IMG/VR virus record: IMGVR_UViG_3300048851_000113 | Coordinates: 1-61,636 of that record | Length of the DNA stretch: 61,636 nucleotides | DNA from: a virus | Lineage: Duplodnaviria; Caudoviricetes | Direction: 5' to 3' (one strand) | In this document: piece by piece, positions 1 through 9,234 of the stretch | Position numbering within the stretch: position 1 is the first letter of the stretch | Layout of the letters: each line of letters begins with the position of its first letter | Made by a program: the position numbers and the translations under genes | The notes under the pieces: model-generated | Seen by the model: the letters and a program-made list of their open reading frames with translations, nothing else | Database searches by the model: none | Told to the model about the DNA's origin: nothing

Positions 1-1400
1 TCGACAACGAAGTCCCGCAAGCGCTCGTGTCCGACATCCGCATGCCGGGTGCAAGCGGCATCGAACTGCTGCAGGAAGTGAAGTCCCGCCATCCGGCACT
101 GCCCGTGATCGTGATGACCGCCTACTCGGACCTGGAAAGCGCCGTGTCGGCCTTCCAGGGAGGGGCCTTCGAATACCTGCCGAAGCCGTTCGACGTCGAT
201 GCCGCTGTCGCGCTGGTTCGTCGCGCCATCGAAGAAAGCCTGCGTGAAGACCTGGTCGATGAAAGCGTGCTCGGCTCGCCGGAAATCCTGGGCCAGGCGC
301 CCGCGATGCAGGAGGTCTTCCGCGCCATCGGTCGGCTGTCGCAGTCGCAGGTCACGGTGATGATCACCGGCGAATCGGGCAGCGGCAAGGAACTCGTCGC
401 CCGGGCGCTGCACAAGCACAGCCCGCGCGCCCAGGGTCCGTTCGTGGCGATCAACACCGCCGCGATCCCGCGCGACCTGCTTGAGTCCGAACTCTTCGGC
501 CACGAGCGTGGCGCCTTCACCGGCGCGCAGAACATGCGCCGCGGCCGCTTCGAGCAGGCTGACGGCGGGACGCTGTTCCTCGATGAAATCGGCGACATGC
601 CGTCCGAGCTGCAGACGCGCCTGCTGCGTGTGCTGTCGGATGGCACCTTCTATCGCGTGGGCGGACACAGCGCCGTGCGAGCGAACGTCCGGGTCATCGC
701 GGCCACGCACCAGCCGCTCGAAGAACGGGTGAAGCAGGGCATGTTCCGGGAGGACTTGTTCCACCGCCTGAACGTGATCCGACTGCGCCTGCCGCCGCTG
801 CGCGAACGGTCGGAAGACATCCCGCTGCTCGCCAAACATTTCCTTGCGCGCAGCGCCCGTGATCTCGGTGTCGAGCCCAAGCGGCTGACCCCCGGCTCGC
901 TGGAAGTGCTGTCGCGGTTCCGCTTCCCGGGCAACGTCCGCCAATTGGAGAACGTGTGCCACTGGCTCGCCGTGATGGCCCCGACCCAGACGATCGATGT
1001 GCAGGACCTGCCGCCGGAGCTGCTCGACTCGCTGTCGCGCGATGCAGCCGCGTCGGAGTCGGCCGCGTCCGAGGGCGCGCAGCCGGGCGGCTTCGATCGT
1101 TCGGCAGGCATGGCGGATACCCCGCGCAGCTTCGGCACGCCGGACGCCGCCGCGCTGCGCACGACGAGCGACGCCGGCGCCTGGCAGAACAGCCTGCAGA
1201 CGGAAGTCGAGCGTCAGCTGGCACGTGGTGATGCCGACCTGATGCACAACCTCACGCAGCAGTTCGAACGCGTGCTCATCGCCAGCGCGCTGCGCGCCAC
1301 GCGCGGGCGTCGCATCGAAGCCGCCAGCCGCCTGGGCATCGGCCGCAACACCATCACGCGCAAGATCCAGGAACTGGGCATGGAAGACGAGGCCGGCTGA
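1..1400 (+). CDS. ntrC: Nitrogen regulation response regulator NtrC (sigma54 activator), 5' end outside the window
   Basis: Receiver end (SDIRMPG..., EYLPKPFD), Walker A GESGSGKE, GAFTGA loop, C-terminal Fis-type HTH (LGIGRNTITRK). The frame is open back to the window start. Confidence 0.95.
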   Translation, partial: DNEVPQALVSDIRMPGASGIELLQEVKSRHPALPVIVMTAYSDLESAVSAFQGGAFEYLPKPFDVDAAVALVRRAIEESLREDLVDESVLGSPEILGQAPAMQEVFRAIGRLSQSQVTVMITGESGSGKELVARALHKHSPRAQGPFVAINTAAIPRDLLESELFGHERGAFTGAQNMRRGRFEQADGGTLFLDEIGDMPSELQTRLLRVLSDGTFYRVGGHSAVRANVRVIAATHQPLEERVKQGMFREDLFHRLNVIRLRLPPLRERSEDIPLLAKHFLARSARDLGVEPKRLTPGSLEVLSRFRFPGNVRQLENVCHWLAVMAPTQTIDVQDLPPELLDSLSRDAAASESAASEGAQPGGFDRSAGMADTPRSFGTPDAAALRTTSDAGAWQNSLQTEVERQLARGDADLMHNLTQQFERVLIASALRATRGRRIEAASRLGIGRNTITRKIQELGMEDEAG

Positions 1401-1516
1401 ACGGCACGCTGGACACCTCCACGCCGGGCATCCTGTTCGCGTAACATCTTCGGCAACCGGCGATGCCGATTCGTGCGGCATCGTCTCTTCCAGGATCAAA
1501 CGAGGACACCCATCCC

Positions 1517-2497
1517 ATGCGTGCAAGCTGGTACGAAAAGAACGGTGAAGCCCGAGACGTCATGAAGATCGGCGATCTGCCGACGCCCACCGCCGGTCCC
1601 GGCGAAGTGCGCGTGCGTCTGGCGGTCTCCGGCCTGAACCCGTCCGACGTCAAATCACGCCGCGGACGTCCGCTGGCCGACGCGCTGTGCGTGCCGAACA
1701 GCGACGGCGCGGGCCGTATCGACCAGGTCGGCCCAGGCGTGGACAGCGCCCGCATCGGCGAACGTGTGTGGGTCTGGAATGGCCAGTGGCAGCGGCCGCT
1801 CGGCACGTCGGCGGAGTACATCGTGCTGCCCCAGGCGCAGGCCGTGCCGCTGCCCGACACCACGGAATTCGCGGCCGGGGCGTGCCTCGGCATCCCGGCG
1901 CTCACCGCCTTCCGGGCGGTGGAACTGCTCGGCGACATCGCGGGCAAGACCATCCTCGTGATCGGCGCGAGCTCCGCCGTCGGGCACTATGCGGCGCAGT
2001 TCGCCATCATCCGCGGTGCTCGGGTGATCGGCACCGTCGGCAGCGTCGAGAAGGCCCGCCACGCTGCTGCCGTGGGGGTGACGCAGACGATCGACTACAA
2101 GACGGAGTCCGTGCTCGATCGCGTGCTGGAACTCACCGACGGCAACGGCGTCGACGGCATGATCGACATGGACTTCTCTTCCACCGCAGCCCTGCTCGGC
2201 AAGGGGCTGGTGAAGCGCCATGGCGTGATCGCCTGCTACGGCTCCAACGTGATGGGGGACACCCCGTTCCCGTTCCGAGACGTGATGTTCCGATCGCTCA
2301 CGCTGCATTTCGTGGTGGTGTACGACCTGCTGCCGGCCGACCGCGAGCGGGCGATCGAAACGCTTACCCACCTGCTGGCCGAGAACCGGCTGACCCACAC
2401 CATCGGCGCGCACTTCAAGCTGGACGACATCGTTGCCGCGCATGAAGCGGTGGAGGGCGGCAAGGTGCTGGGCAACGTGGTGATCGACCTGCCGTAA
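1517..2497 (+). CDS. NADPH:quinone reductase / MDR zinc-type alcohol dehydrogenase-like protein
   Basis: GLNPSD, PNSDGAG, GASSAVG nucleotide-binding motif; GAGG upstream of ATG 1517. Confidence 0.85.
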   Translation: MRASWYEKNGEARDVMKIGDLPTPTAGPGEVRVRLAVSGLNPSDVKSRRGRPLADALCVPNSDGAGRIDQVGPGVDSARIGERVWVWNGQWQRPLGTSAEYIVLPQAQAVPLPDTTEFAAGACLGIPALTAFRAVELLGDIAGKTILVIGASSAVGHYAAQFAIIRGARVIGTVGSVEKARHAAAVGVTQTIDYKTESVLDRVLELTDGNGVDGMIDMDFSSTAALLGKGLVKRHGVIACYGSNVMGDTPFPFRDVMFRSLTLHFVVVYDLLPADRERAIETLTHLLAENRLTHTIGAHFKLDDIVAAHEAVEGGKVLGNVVIDLP

Positions 2498-2526
2498 GGG
2501 GGAGCTTCACCCGACTGCCGGAAATG

Positions 2527-2557
2527 AAAACAGGCTGCTCGCGCAGCCTGTTTTTTT
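2527..2557. terminator. Intrinsic terminator, probably bidirectional
   Basis: AAAACAGGCTGC-TCGC-GCAGCCTGTTTTTTT between convergent genes. Confidence 0.85.
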
Positions 2558-2574
2558 GTGCGCCCCACGGGCGA

Positions 2575-2799
2575 TCAGCGCTTGCCGAGCTGGTCGCCGA
2601 TCACGCCGCCGATGGCCGCGCCGCCCACGGTGCCCAGCACGCCGCCGCCCGTCACCACGGCACCCGCGACGCCGCCGATGCCGGCGCCGGTGACCATGCT
2701 CTTCGAGCGGTGCGACATGTGGTCCCAGCTGGCACAGCCGGCGGAGGCAGCCGTGACGAGCAGGGCGGCGGCAAGGGTGGCGATGCGGGATGTCTTCAT
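2575..2799 (-). CDS. OsmB-like glycine-zipper lipoprotein
   Basis: Signal peptide with lipobox-like SAGC, then GAGIGGVAGAV...GGAAIGGVIG glycine zipper. Confidence 0.8.
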   Translation of the reverse strand: MKTSRIATLAAALLVTAASAGCASWDHMSHRSKSMVTGAGIGGVAGAVVTGGGVLGTVGGAAIGGVIGDQLGKR

Positions 2800-2941
2800 G
2801 GGATGCTCCAGTGCGTGAAAAGTCGTCGCTCGCGTGCTGCCGCGCGCGGTGCGTGAAAGATCCCAGAATGCGCGACGGCTGTCTGTCACGACCGTGGCCC
2901 GACTGCGTCAACCTGTAAACGAAGCCGGCGCGTCGTGCGGA

Positions 2942-3472
2942 TCAGCCGCGAGGCGCCAACCACGCGTGGGTGTTCGCTGCGGCCTGCGAAGGCTCCCAGA
3001 CCCCCAGGCGGTTTGAAAACGGCGCGAGCATTTTCTCGAAGTTTCCGTTGGACACGTCGCGTCGTGTCACGGCGATGTCGGCGACCGGCCGGCGGTTGGT
3101 CAGGCGCGTGGCCTCGGCCACCGCATGCCTCGCACTGCTGCCCCGCATCACCGAGACGACTGCCAGTTGCCGCAGATGAGGCCGGTTTTCCGACAGGAAA
3201 CTGCGCATCGGCGCCGCCATCCGATCGGCCCAGATGGGAGACACCGTCACGACGATGTCGAAGTCGGCGGGCGGTGGTCCCTCATAGTGGATCGGGGGCT
3301 CGCGGTGGCGCCATGAGTCGAGCAGGCAGCGCCAGACGCCGCGCGGGCGGTCGTCGATGGCGTCCGCGTCCCGGATCTCGCCGAGCGGCCAGTGCTGCTG
3401 CTGGCTCAGGCAGCGCGCCAGACGCTGGCTCGTGCCCGTGCGGGAATACATCACGATCAGGATCTTGTTCAT
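2942..3472 (-). CDS. Flavodoxin-like protein
   Basis: KILIVMYSRTGTS FMN-loop motif, VSPIW. Confidence 0.7.
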   Translation of the reverse strand: MNKILIVMYSRTGTSQRLARCLSQQQHWPLGEIRDADAIDDRPRGVWRCLLDSWRHREPPIHYEGPPPADFDIVVTVSPIWADRMAAPMRSFLSENRPHLRQLAVVSVMRGSSARHAVAEATRLTNRRPVADIAVTRRDVSNGNFEKMLAPFSNRLGVWEPSQAAANTHAWLAPRG

Positions 3473-3671
3473 GCCATGCCTCCGGTTCGGCAGGGCCGCG
3501 TCGAAAAGAAAGCAGCGTTTGCTTTCCGCGTGATCGGCGGCCGGAACATTGCACCGTCACGTTCAACTTACCGCCGATTCCACCAACCGGGTGCGCCGTG
3601 CCGGGCGTCGTCCGCCTGCCGGTTGGTGCGGTGCACACGCGCCGCCGGACGGCAGTGGCTTACCGGTCCAT

Positions 3672-4451
3672 TCAGAGCGCGAGCGTGGCGACCACGGGGG
3701 CGTGGTCCGATGGTTGCTCGAGCTTGCGCGGCGCCTTGTCGACGATGGACGCCGTGCACGCGGCTGCCAGCGGCGCCGACAGCAGGATGTGGTCGATGCG
3801 CAGTCCCGCGTTGCGCCGGAACGCGAACTGGCGGTAGTCCCACCAGCTGAAGATCTTCTCCGGCTGGTCGAAGAGGCGGAACGAATCGACGAGACCCAGC
3901 GACAGGAGTGCCTGGAACGCCGCGCGTTCAGGCGGCGACACCTGCACGTCACCAGCCCACTTCGCGGGGTCATGCACGTCGCGGTCATCGGGGGCGATGT
4001 TGTAGTCGCCCAGGACCGCCAGCCGCGGCATCGTCGCGAGCGTGTGCTTCAGATATTCGGTGAAGGCTTCGTACCATGCGAGCTTGTAGATGTACTTGTC
4101 GCTGTCGACGGCCTGGCCGTTCGGGCAATAGGCGTTCACGAGGCGGATCTCGCCTTGCGGTGAGTCCATCGTGACAGCGATGACGCGCTTCTGTTCGTCG
4201 TCGTAGCCGGGAATGCCGCAGACCACGTCGCGCACGGGGGAGCGGGACAGGATCGCCACGCCGTTGTAGGTCTTCTGGCCCGAAAACACAGCGTGGTAAC
4301 CGGCTTCCTGAATGGCCGCGAGCGGGAAGACCTCGTCCGTCATCTTCAACTCCTGCAGGCACAGCGCATCGACGGGATTGGCGGCGAGCCAATTCAGCAC
4401 GTGGGGCAGGCGGACTTTGAGGGAGTTGACGTTCCAGGCGGCGATTTGCAT
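3672..4451 (-). CDS. xth: Exodeoxyribonuclease III
   Basis: WNVNS, LQELK, GDYNIAP, FSWWDYR, LRIDHIL, SDHAPV motifs. Confidence 0.95.
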   Translation of the reverse strand: MQIAAWNVNSLKVRLPHVLNWLAANPVDALCLQELKMTDEVFPLAAIQEAGYHAVFSGQKTYNGVAILSRSPVRDVVCGIPGYDDEQKRVIAVTMDSPQGEIRLVNAYCPNGQAVDSDKYIYKLAWYEAFTEYLKHTLATMPRLAVLGDYNIAPDDRDVHDPAKWAGDVQVSPPERAAFQALLSLGLVDSFRLFDQPEKIFSWWDYRQFAFRRNAGLRIDHILLSAPLAAACTASIVDKAPRKLEQPSDHAPVVATLAL

Positions 4452-4453
4452 TT

Positions 4454-4537
4454 GATTTAATAAATCCAGTATTTATGCGGCTGTCCGGCGCATCAGTATT
4501 ATCTAGGTCAAGCCCAGCTACGCATCCAGCTACACAC
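4454..4537. other. Putative left att region
   Basis: AT-rich stretch with inverted repeat ATAAAT-N5-ATTTAT (4460-4476) and direct repeat CCAGCTAC at 12-bp period (4514, 4526), resembling integrase arm sites. Confidence 0.45.
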
Positions 4538-4563
4538 CGAATGCGCGCTTGGGTTCGGCCTAT

Positions 4564-4746
4564 TCATGCGTCCATTTCAGCCGGCAGGACCGCGTAAACG
4601 CTCTCTGCCGTAATGCGGGTCGCGCTGCCGATCTTGACGGACTTCAAGTCGCCGCGCTGAATCATACGGTAGACGGTCACGCGCGAGACGCTCAGCATCT
4701 CCATGACGTCGGAGATCCGGAAGAGCAGGGTGGTGCTGGTGCTCAT
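4564..4746 (-). CDS. Excisionase-like HTH protein
   Basis: 60 aa, LFRISDVMEMLSVSRVTVYRMIQRGDLKSVKIGSATRI, typical Xis/HTH_17 pattern at the prophage edge. Confidence 0.8.
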   Translation of the reverse strand: MSTSTTLLFRISDVMEMLSVSRVTVYRMIQRGDLKSVKIGSATRITAESVYAVLPAEMDA

Positions 4747-5102
4747 GGAGCCTCCTTGCTTGTAGTGGTGGTGCCCGCCTGGCGCACGACCGATCGGCCG
4801 ATGCCGCGCAGGTAGTGCGCGGGCAGGGTGCTCCAGTCGAACGTGTCGACGAACTCGCCGCAGTGGTGGTCACGCTGCGTCAGGACGTGGCCCGCGCCAA
4901 GCGAGATGCTGGCGTAGCTGATCCCGAGCATTGCTGCGCGCTGATCCCCCGGCACAGGCGCGGACCGGTGGCACTCGCCCGCCAGGCTGTTGTGGTGGTG
5001 CCACCAGTCGCATCCAGCGCAGCAGGGGCCGTTCTGGGTGAAGAAGCGGTCGAGGATGGCTTGCGCTGACCCGCGCGCCGGTACTGCGTTGGTGGTGGTC
5101 AT
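4743..5102 (-). CDS. Phage hypothetical protein, Cys/His-rich
   Basis: CCAGCDWW...ECH...HHCGEF; ATGA-type overlaps with neighbours. Confidence 0.65.
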   Translation of the reverse strand: MTTTNAVPARGSAQAILDRFFTQNGPCCAGCDWWHHHNSLAGECHRSAPVPGDQRAAMLGISYASISLGAGHVLTQRDHHCGEFVDTFDWSTLPAHYLRGIGRSVVRQAGTTTTSKEAP

Positions 5103-6241
5103 GCTGCCTCCATCATCGATGCCCGAATGAAAGCTTCCGCCGCTTCAGCGACGATGCCGTTTCCGTAGGCGCGCAGCCGTCCCACGCGGCTGGCAGCCCC
5201 ATGAGCCAGCGGGAATGTGCCGGGTTCAACTGGCCGCCATTTTCCATCCCGGCAGAGGAGCCAGTCAGCATCTCGCCACGGGCCGTTAACCGGACCGGGC
5301 CGCAGATCGCAGCCGCCATTGACAGATCTTGTGGCGAGCCCTTGCGCTGCATCTCCCGCAGCGCCCCTTCCAGGGTCCGCATGTTCTTCTCGGCGTCCGC
5401 GGCTCGCGTCGTCGGCCATCCCGCCATTTCGACTTGATGCGTCAGCATCGTGGGCGCTGAATTGCCCGTCTTGGCAACCGAGCGCGCCACATACTGCTCC
5501 CCCGTCCCGCCTGGCTCCGATGCTGTTGGCGTCCCCCACACCGATAGCACCGCTGCATGGTTGAGCGTGATGTTCGGTGTTGCGAATTGCTGTGCCGGAG
5601 CGCGCACTGAGTCGGTCGTAGTGGGTGTCGGCCAGCCCGTCAGCATGGCGAAGTCGTTCAGGTTGGAACCGTGCCGACTTTCCCCCATTGCTCGCTTTGC
5701 TTGACCGCCTCCGCTGCTGTCCATGGCCTGCGGCGTGGGCCACCCAGTACGTTCGGTCTCGGATGTGCGGAGCACCGACGCCCGCAGCCGGAAAAGCGAT
5801 CGCCCCGCCGGCGTAATCCAGGGCTTCCATGTCAGAGAGAACAAGGTCGAGCCAGTCTGCTGCAGGTCCGCTCGAAACCTGCTCACCAGCGACGACTGGA
5901 GGGCGGCGCTCGCGGATGAGCCAGTGCCAGGCCGGCCAGAGGTGCCGCGCGTCATCAAACCCAGCGCCTTTGCCTGCCGCGGAGAAAGGTTGGCACGGGC
6001 AGGAACCGGTCCAAACAGGTCGGTTATCGGGCCAGCCGGCGCGACGTAGTGCGTGTGACCAGATACCGATTCCTGCGAAGAAATGGCACTGCACGTAGGG
6101 TCGAAGGTCATCGGGGTGTACGTCCTCGATCGAGCGTTCATCGACATCACCGGGCGCGATGTGTCCGGCGGCGATCAGATTGCGCAGCCACTGCGCGGCA
6201 TAGGGGTCGATCTCGTTGTAGTAGGCTGGAGAGGTGCTCAT
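5099..6241 (-). CDS. C5-cytosine DNA methyltransferase, alpha chain
   Basis: Motif [45 protein letters not shown]; no motif IX in this frame; GGAGGGAG upstream of ATG 6241. Confidence 0.9.
   Translation of the reverse strand: MSTSPAYYNEIDPYAAQWLRNLIAAGHIAPGDVDERSIEDVHPDDLRPYVQCHFFAGIGIWSHALRRAGWPDNRPVWTGSCPCQPFSAAGKGAGFDDARHLWPAWHWLIRERRPPVVAGEQVSSGPAADWLDLVLSDMEALDYAGGAIAFPAAGVGAPHIRDRTYWVAHAAGHGQQRRRSSKASNGGKSARFQPERLRHADGLADTHYDRLSARSGTAIRNTEHHAQPCSGAIGVGDANSIGARRDGGAVCGALGCQDGQFSAHDADASSRNGGMADDASRGRREEHADPGRGAAGDAAQGLATRSVNGGCDLRPGPVNGPWRDADWLLCRDGKWRPVEPGTFPLAHGAASRVGRLRAYGNGIVAEAAEAFIRASMMEAA
5113..6150 (-). CDS. Nested alternative-frame methyltransferase beta chain; true start uncertain
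   Basis: Same strand, different frame, inside alpha; ends in motif IX-like [14 protein letters not shown]; four WPTP-type repeats. Confidence 0.7.
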   Translation of the reverse strand: MMSMNARSRTYTPMTFDPTCSAISSQESVSGHTHYVAPAGPITDLFGPVPARANLSPRQAKALGLMTRGTSGRPGTGSSASAALQSSLVSRFRADLQQTGSTLFSLTWKPWITPAGRSLFRLRASVLRTSETERTGWPTPQAMDSSGGGQAKRAMGESRHGSNLNDFAMLTGWPTPTTTDSVRAPAQQFATPNITLNHAAVLSVWGTPTASEPGGTGEQYVARSVAKTGNSAPTMLTHQVEMAGWPTTRAADAEKNMRTLEGALREMQRKGSPQDLSMAAAICGPVRLTARGEMLTGSSAGMENGGQLNPAHSRWLMGLPAAWDGCAPTETASSLKRRKLSFGHR

Positions 6242-6984
6242 GCTCCCTCCGTGGGAATGGTGGCGGCCTTGGGGGCGAGCCGTTCCAATCTCTCGCGCAG
6301 GATGTTGATCTCGGCCTGGGCGTCGTCCACGATGACCTGAGCGGCGTGCTTCTCGATCCAGTTGCCGCACGAATCCAGCACGCGCGCCACGCCGCCGCCA
6401 GCTGGCGACAGGAACGAGTAGGTCGGCAGCTTGCAGATACGGTCCCACCACTCATAGCCCGCCCGCTCGGCCTGCTGCCCGCCCGCCAGTTGTCCGGAAT
6501 CTCCGGATGGGTGCGGATGGGTGGAGAGCAACTCGATGGCGCGATCAATTCGCCGCTGCTGAGCGGTCACGTCTGCGTCACGCGACCCAACGGCCCCGTA
6601 GTTCGGCCGAATTTCACGCAGCAGCGCGATCAATTCGGACGCATCCTGCTGGGCGGCAGGTTGAGGGGCGGCGTACACCAGCGCGCCAGCCGTTGGCAGC
6701 GCGTCGATGGCGTCGACCTTGAACCACAGGGCATCGCCGACGCTGCCGAACTCGCCGTTGAATCGGCCCACCGGCTGTGCATCCTGCATTTCCTGCGTCG
6801 CTGCGGGTGCTGCTGCAAGGGCGGCGCGGGCCTCTGCTACTTCCAAGCGGTCGAGAATCGCGACGACACCGACGGCAGGGATGGACACTTCATCGCTGAC
6901 CGAGCGTGCCCCGCCGTCTTGCCACTCCAGAATTGAGCGGTTCGCCGCATTCCGCAGCGCCTTCAGGTCGATGTTCGCGCTCAT
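6238..6984 (-). CDS. Phage hypothetical protein (Ead/Ea22-like N-terminus)
   Basis: IDLKALRNAA...VVAILDRLEVAEAR pattern; overlapping start/stop coupling. Confidence 0.55.
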   Translation of the reverse strand: MSANIDLKALRNAANRSILEWQDGGARSVSDEVSIPAVGVVAILDRLEVAEARAALAAAPAATQEMQDAQPVGRFNGEFGSVGDALWFKVDAIDALPTAGALVYAAPQPAAQQDASELIALLREIRPNYGAVGSRDADVTAQQRRIDRAIELLSTHPHPSGDSGQLAGGQQAERAGYEWWDRICKLPTYSFLSPAGGGVARVLDSCGNWIEKHAAQVIVDDAQAEINILRERLERLAPKAATIPTEGA

Positions 6985-7961
6985 GATGCGTTCTCCTGGG
7001 TGCGGGCGGCGAGCACTGCGCTCGCTGCGTCGAGGATTGCGCTCACGGATCGCGTGACGCCATCGATGCAGATCGTGTCGTCCTGCGCCATCGGTGACGC
7101 CGCGAGCGCGCCGGCCGCCCACCAGAGAACTTCCAGCGCATCGGCCGGCTGGGCTGCGGGCTGCGCGGCGTGCACACATTCCGGGTGCTCGGCGTAAGGG
7201 CTGGCCTTGCCACGGCAGTGCTGCTGCTCGAACCGACTGCACCCGCAGCGCGCATCGGTCGGCGCTACGTCCTGTGCGGGCGCGGAAACGAAAGCCACGC
7301 GCTTGCGCTGCGGGTATGCCATAGGCTCATAGCCAACGAACATCGGCCATGTCTTGTCGGGGTCAGCCCCATCAACCCAGCATGCCCAGATTTCGTGCCC
7401 CCCGGCCGTGGCGGCCTGTGCGGGCGCGGGGCGGGTGTAGAGCAGGCTACCGGCGGGGACGGGCTTCAACATCCGAACCACATGCATGCCGCCCGTGGAG
7501 TTCATTTCCATGTCGGCCATGATCTCCATCACCGGCTCATCGCCTACCGTGGCGACAGCCAATTGCGCATGACGAGCGCCGTGCTTGAAGCCCTGAGCGT
7601 GGGCTTTCAGCATGTCTGCATCGGTGTAGCGAGCAGGGGCGACAGCCTGGGCGGGCAGTGCGGCGCGGGCGGTGCGCACACGCTTCAGCACGCGACGGGC
7701 CTCCCCGATTGCGATTGCGTGGCCCGCCTCCACCAGCGGCGACAGCAGCGCGCCAACATCGAGCAGCAGATCGTTCAGGCTTGCGCGCTCATCCTGGGGC
7801 GCAGCAGGGGCGGGCGCTGCCGACAGCATGGCGCGGTAGATGTCGGCCGGATGATCGGACCCGGAAGCGGGGCAGTCGATCGAGTGCCGGGCCTCGCGCA
7901 CCATTTCGGGGGTCGGCTCGACGGGCACCAGCTTCCAGCGAGCGGTGGTGTTCATGGTCAT
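6981..7961 (-). CDS. Phage mosaic hypothetical protein (Eaa-like)
   Basis: WKLVPVEPTPEM...IYRAMLSAAP motif common in early-region mosaic proteins. Confidence 0.65.
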   Translation of the reverse strand: MTMNTTARWKLVPVEPTPEMVREARHSIDCPASGSDHPADIYRAMLSAAPAPAAPQDERASLNDLLLDVGALLSPLVEAGHAIAIGEARRVLKRVRTARAALPAQAVAPARYTDADMLKAHAQGFKHGARHAQLAVATVGDEPVMEIMADMEMNSTGGMHVVRMLKPVPAGSLLYTRPAPAQAATAGGHEIWACWVDGADPDKTWPMFVGYEPMAYPQRKRVAFVSAPAQDVAPTDARCGCSRFEQQHCRGKASPYAEHPECVHAAQPAAQPADALEVLWWAAGALAASPMAQDDTICIDGVTRSVSAILDAASAVLAARTQENAS

Positions 7962-8033
7962 GCTGCTTTCCTCAATGCGTGGCGGCCACGCTGGCGAGGC
8001 CGCGCGGCACAGGGAATTGGGGGGGGGCGGGGG

Positions 8034-8288
8034 TCAGCCCTTCAGCCGGTGGCGCTGAATTCCGGTGATGCCGGGTGGCAGGTTGTCGTTTCCGACCGCG
8101 TCGAGAAACTGGCTCTCGCCGCCGTTGTTCGCCTTGATGTAGTCGACTTCGACCTTGGCGCTGTTGATGATCACTTGGCCGATTTCGGAGACGGCCTTGG
8201 CCTGCTCGATGGTGATCTTCCCTTCCTTCAACATCTGCAGCGCTTCGAACATCGAGTCGCGCAGGTCACCGATCGTCTTGCTGCTCAC
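8034..8288 (-). CDS. Small phage protein downstream of HNH gene
   Basis: GTG start with AGGAG upstream; helical TIGDLRDSMFEALQML...INSAKVEVDYIKA. Confidence 0.65.
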   Translation of the reverse strand: MSSKTIGDLRDSMFEALQMLKEGKITIEQAKAVSEIGQVIINSAKVEVDYIKANNGGESQFLDAVGNDNLPPGITGIQRHRLKG

Positions 8289-8922
8289 GTTGGATTCTCC
8301 TGTTGAGCGCTCCACGCATCTGCATGGCCAGCGCGATTTCCTTCGGGTACCGGTGGAGGGTGTTGCGGCGCATGTTTTCGGCGAGGCTGATGCACTCGAC
8401 GCGGTCGGAGGTGATCTCCTCGAGGACAGCCGTTCGCTGACCAGGCTTGAACACCACAATGTGACCTGATGGGACTGGGCCGTTCAGCTCGACCCAGACG
8501 AGCTCGTGAACGCCGCGCCAGCGCTTGCTGTTGCTGCCAGCGGCGGTGCCGACCTTCCGCTGGAGTGACCCGTCCTTCGTGACCCGGTGGCTGCCCACCG
8601 GCTGGGTATTGAAGGGCTGGCTGCCGGGCTTGAACTGCGTGGACTCGCCGCCGATCCGCAGACCCTTCGCGCCCTTGTTCCAGGGGACCAGACCAGGCTG
8701 GAAGCGTGACCGCTTGCCGTTGTCCCGGCAGTGTTCGCGGTTGTAGGCAGACGTCCACCCGGGCGGCTTGCTCAGGCCAATCGCATTGGCATGCTGGTAC
8801 ACCGCCTTTTCCGGCCTGCGCAGTGCCGCGGCGATATGTTTGCAGGCGAGAAGGGGATAGAACTCGCGCAGGATCGCGTCTTCCTCGGCGCACCAGGCGC
8901 GCGGCCTTGCCCGCCCCGACAT
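8266..8922 (-). CDS. HNH endonuclease-like protein with N-terminal HTH
   Basis: WCAEEDAILREFYP, RFQPGLVPWNKG, VHELVWVELNGPVPSGH...AENMRRN. Confidence 0.75.
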   Translation of the reverse strand: MSGRARPRAWCAEEDAILREFYPLLACKHIAAALRRPEKAVYQHANAIGLSKPPGWTSAYNREHCRDNGKRSRFQPGLVPWNKGAKGLRIGGESTQFKPGSQPFNTQPVGSHRVTKDGSLQRKVGTAAGSNSKRWRGVHELVWVELNGPVPSGHIVVFKPGQRTAVLEEITSDRVECISLAENMRRNTLHRYPKEIALAMQMRGALNRRIQREQQDDR

Positions 8923-9158
8923 CACGTCCGCCCGCGCATTGCGCGCTTCTTGTCCCAGTGCTGGCGCTGGGTCAGTTCCGTGTGCGCGGCCCACGCAGCA
9001 TCCTCGCCGCCGGGGAACTTGCGCTGTGTGATCACGCGAGTGGTGAGGTCTTCGACCTCCATCGTCCACACGCCATCGACCAGGAGCGGCGCGTTGTAGC
9101 GGAAACGGGCTGAGGTCACCGGCTCGCCGTGGTGACGGACGGTTCGTGGTGCTGGCAT
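8922..9158 (-). CDS. Phage hypothetical protein
   Basis: 78 aa ORF whose stop abuts the HNH start. Confidence 0.45.
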   Translation of the reverse strand: MPAPRTVRHHGEPVTSARFRYNAPLLVDGVWTMEVEDLTTRVITQRKFPGGEDAAWAAHTELTQRQHWDKKRAMRGRT

Positions 9159-9234
9159 AGGAATTCCTATCGTGCTGCCGCGCCCGCGTGTTGTGGGCGT
9201 GGGTATGATTGCGGCGTCCTCTGGAGGCGCTGCG

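Noticed and set aside
4450-4483. dif-like site (ATTTAATAAAT-N7-TTATGCGGCTG) suggesting Xer-mediated integration
   Set aside because: Spacer is 7 bp, the inner XerD-arm bases mismatch, and no partner site is visible at the other end.
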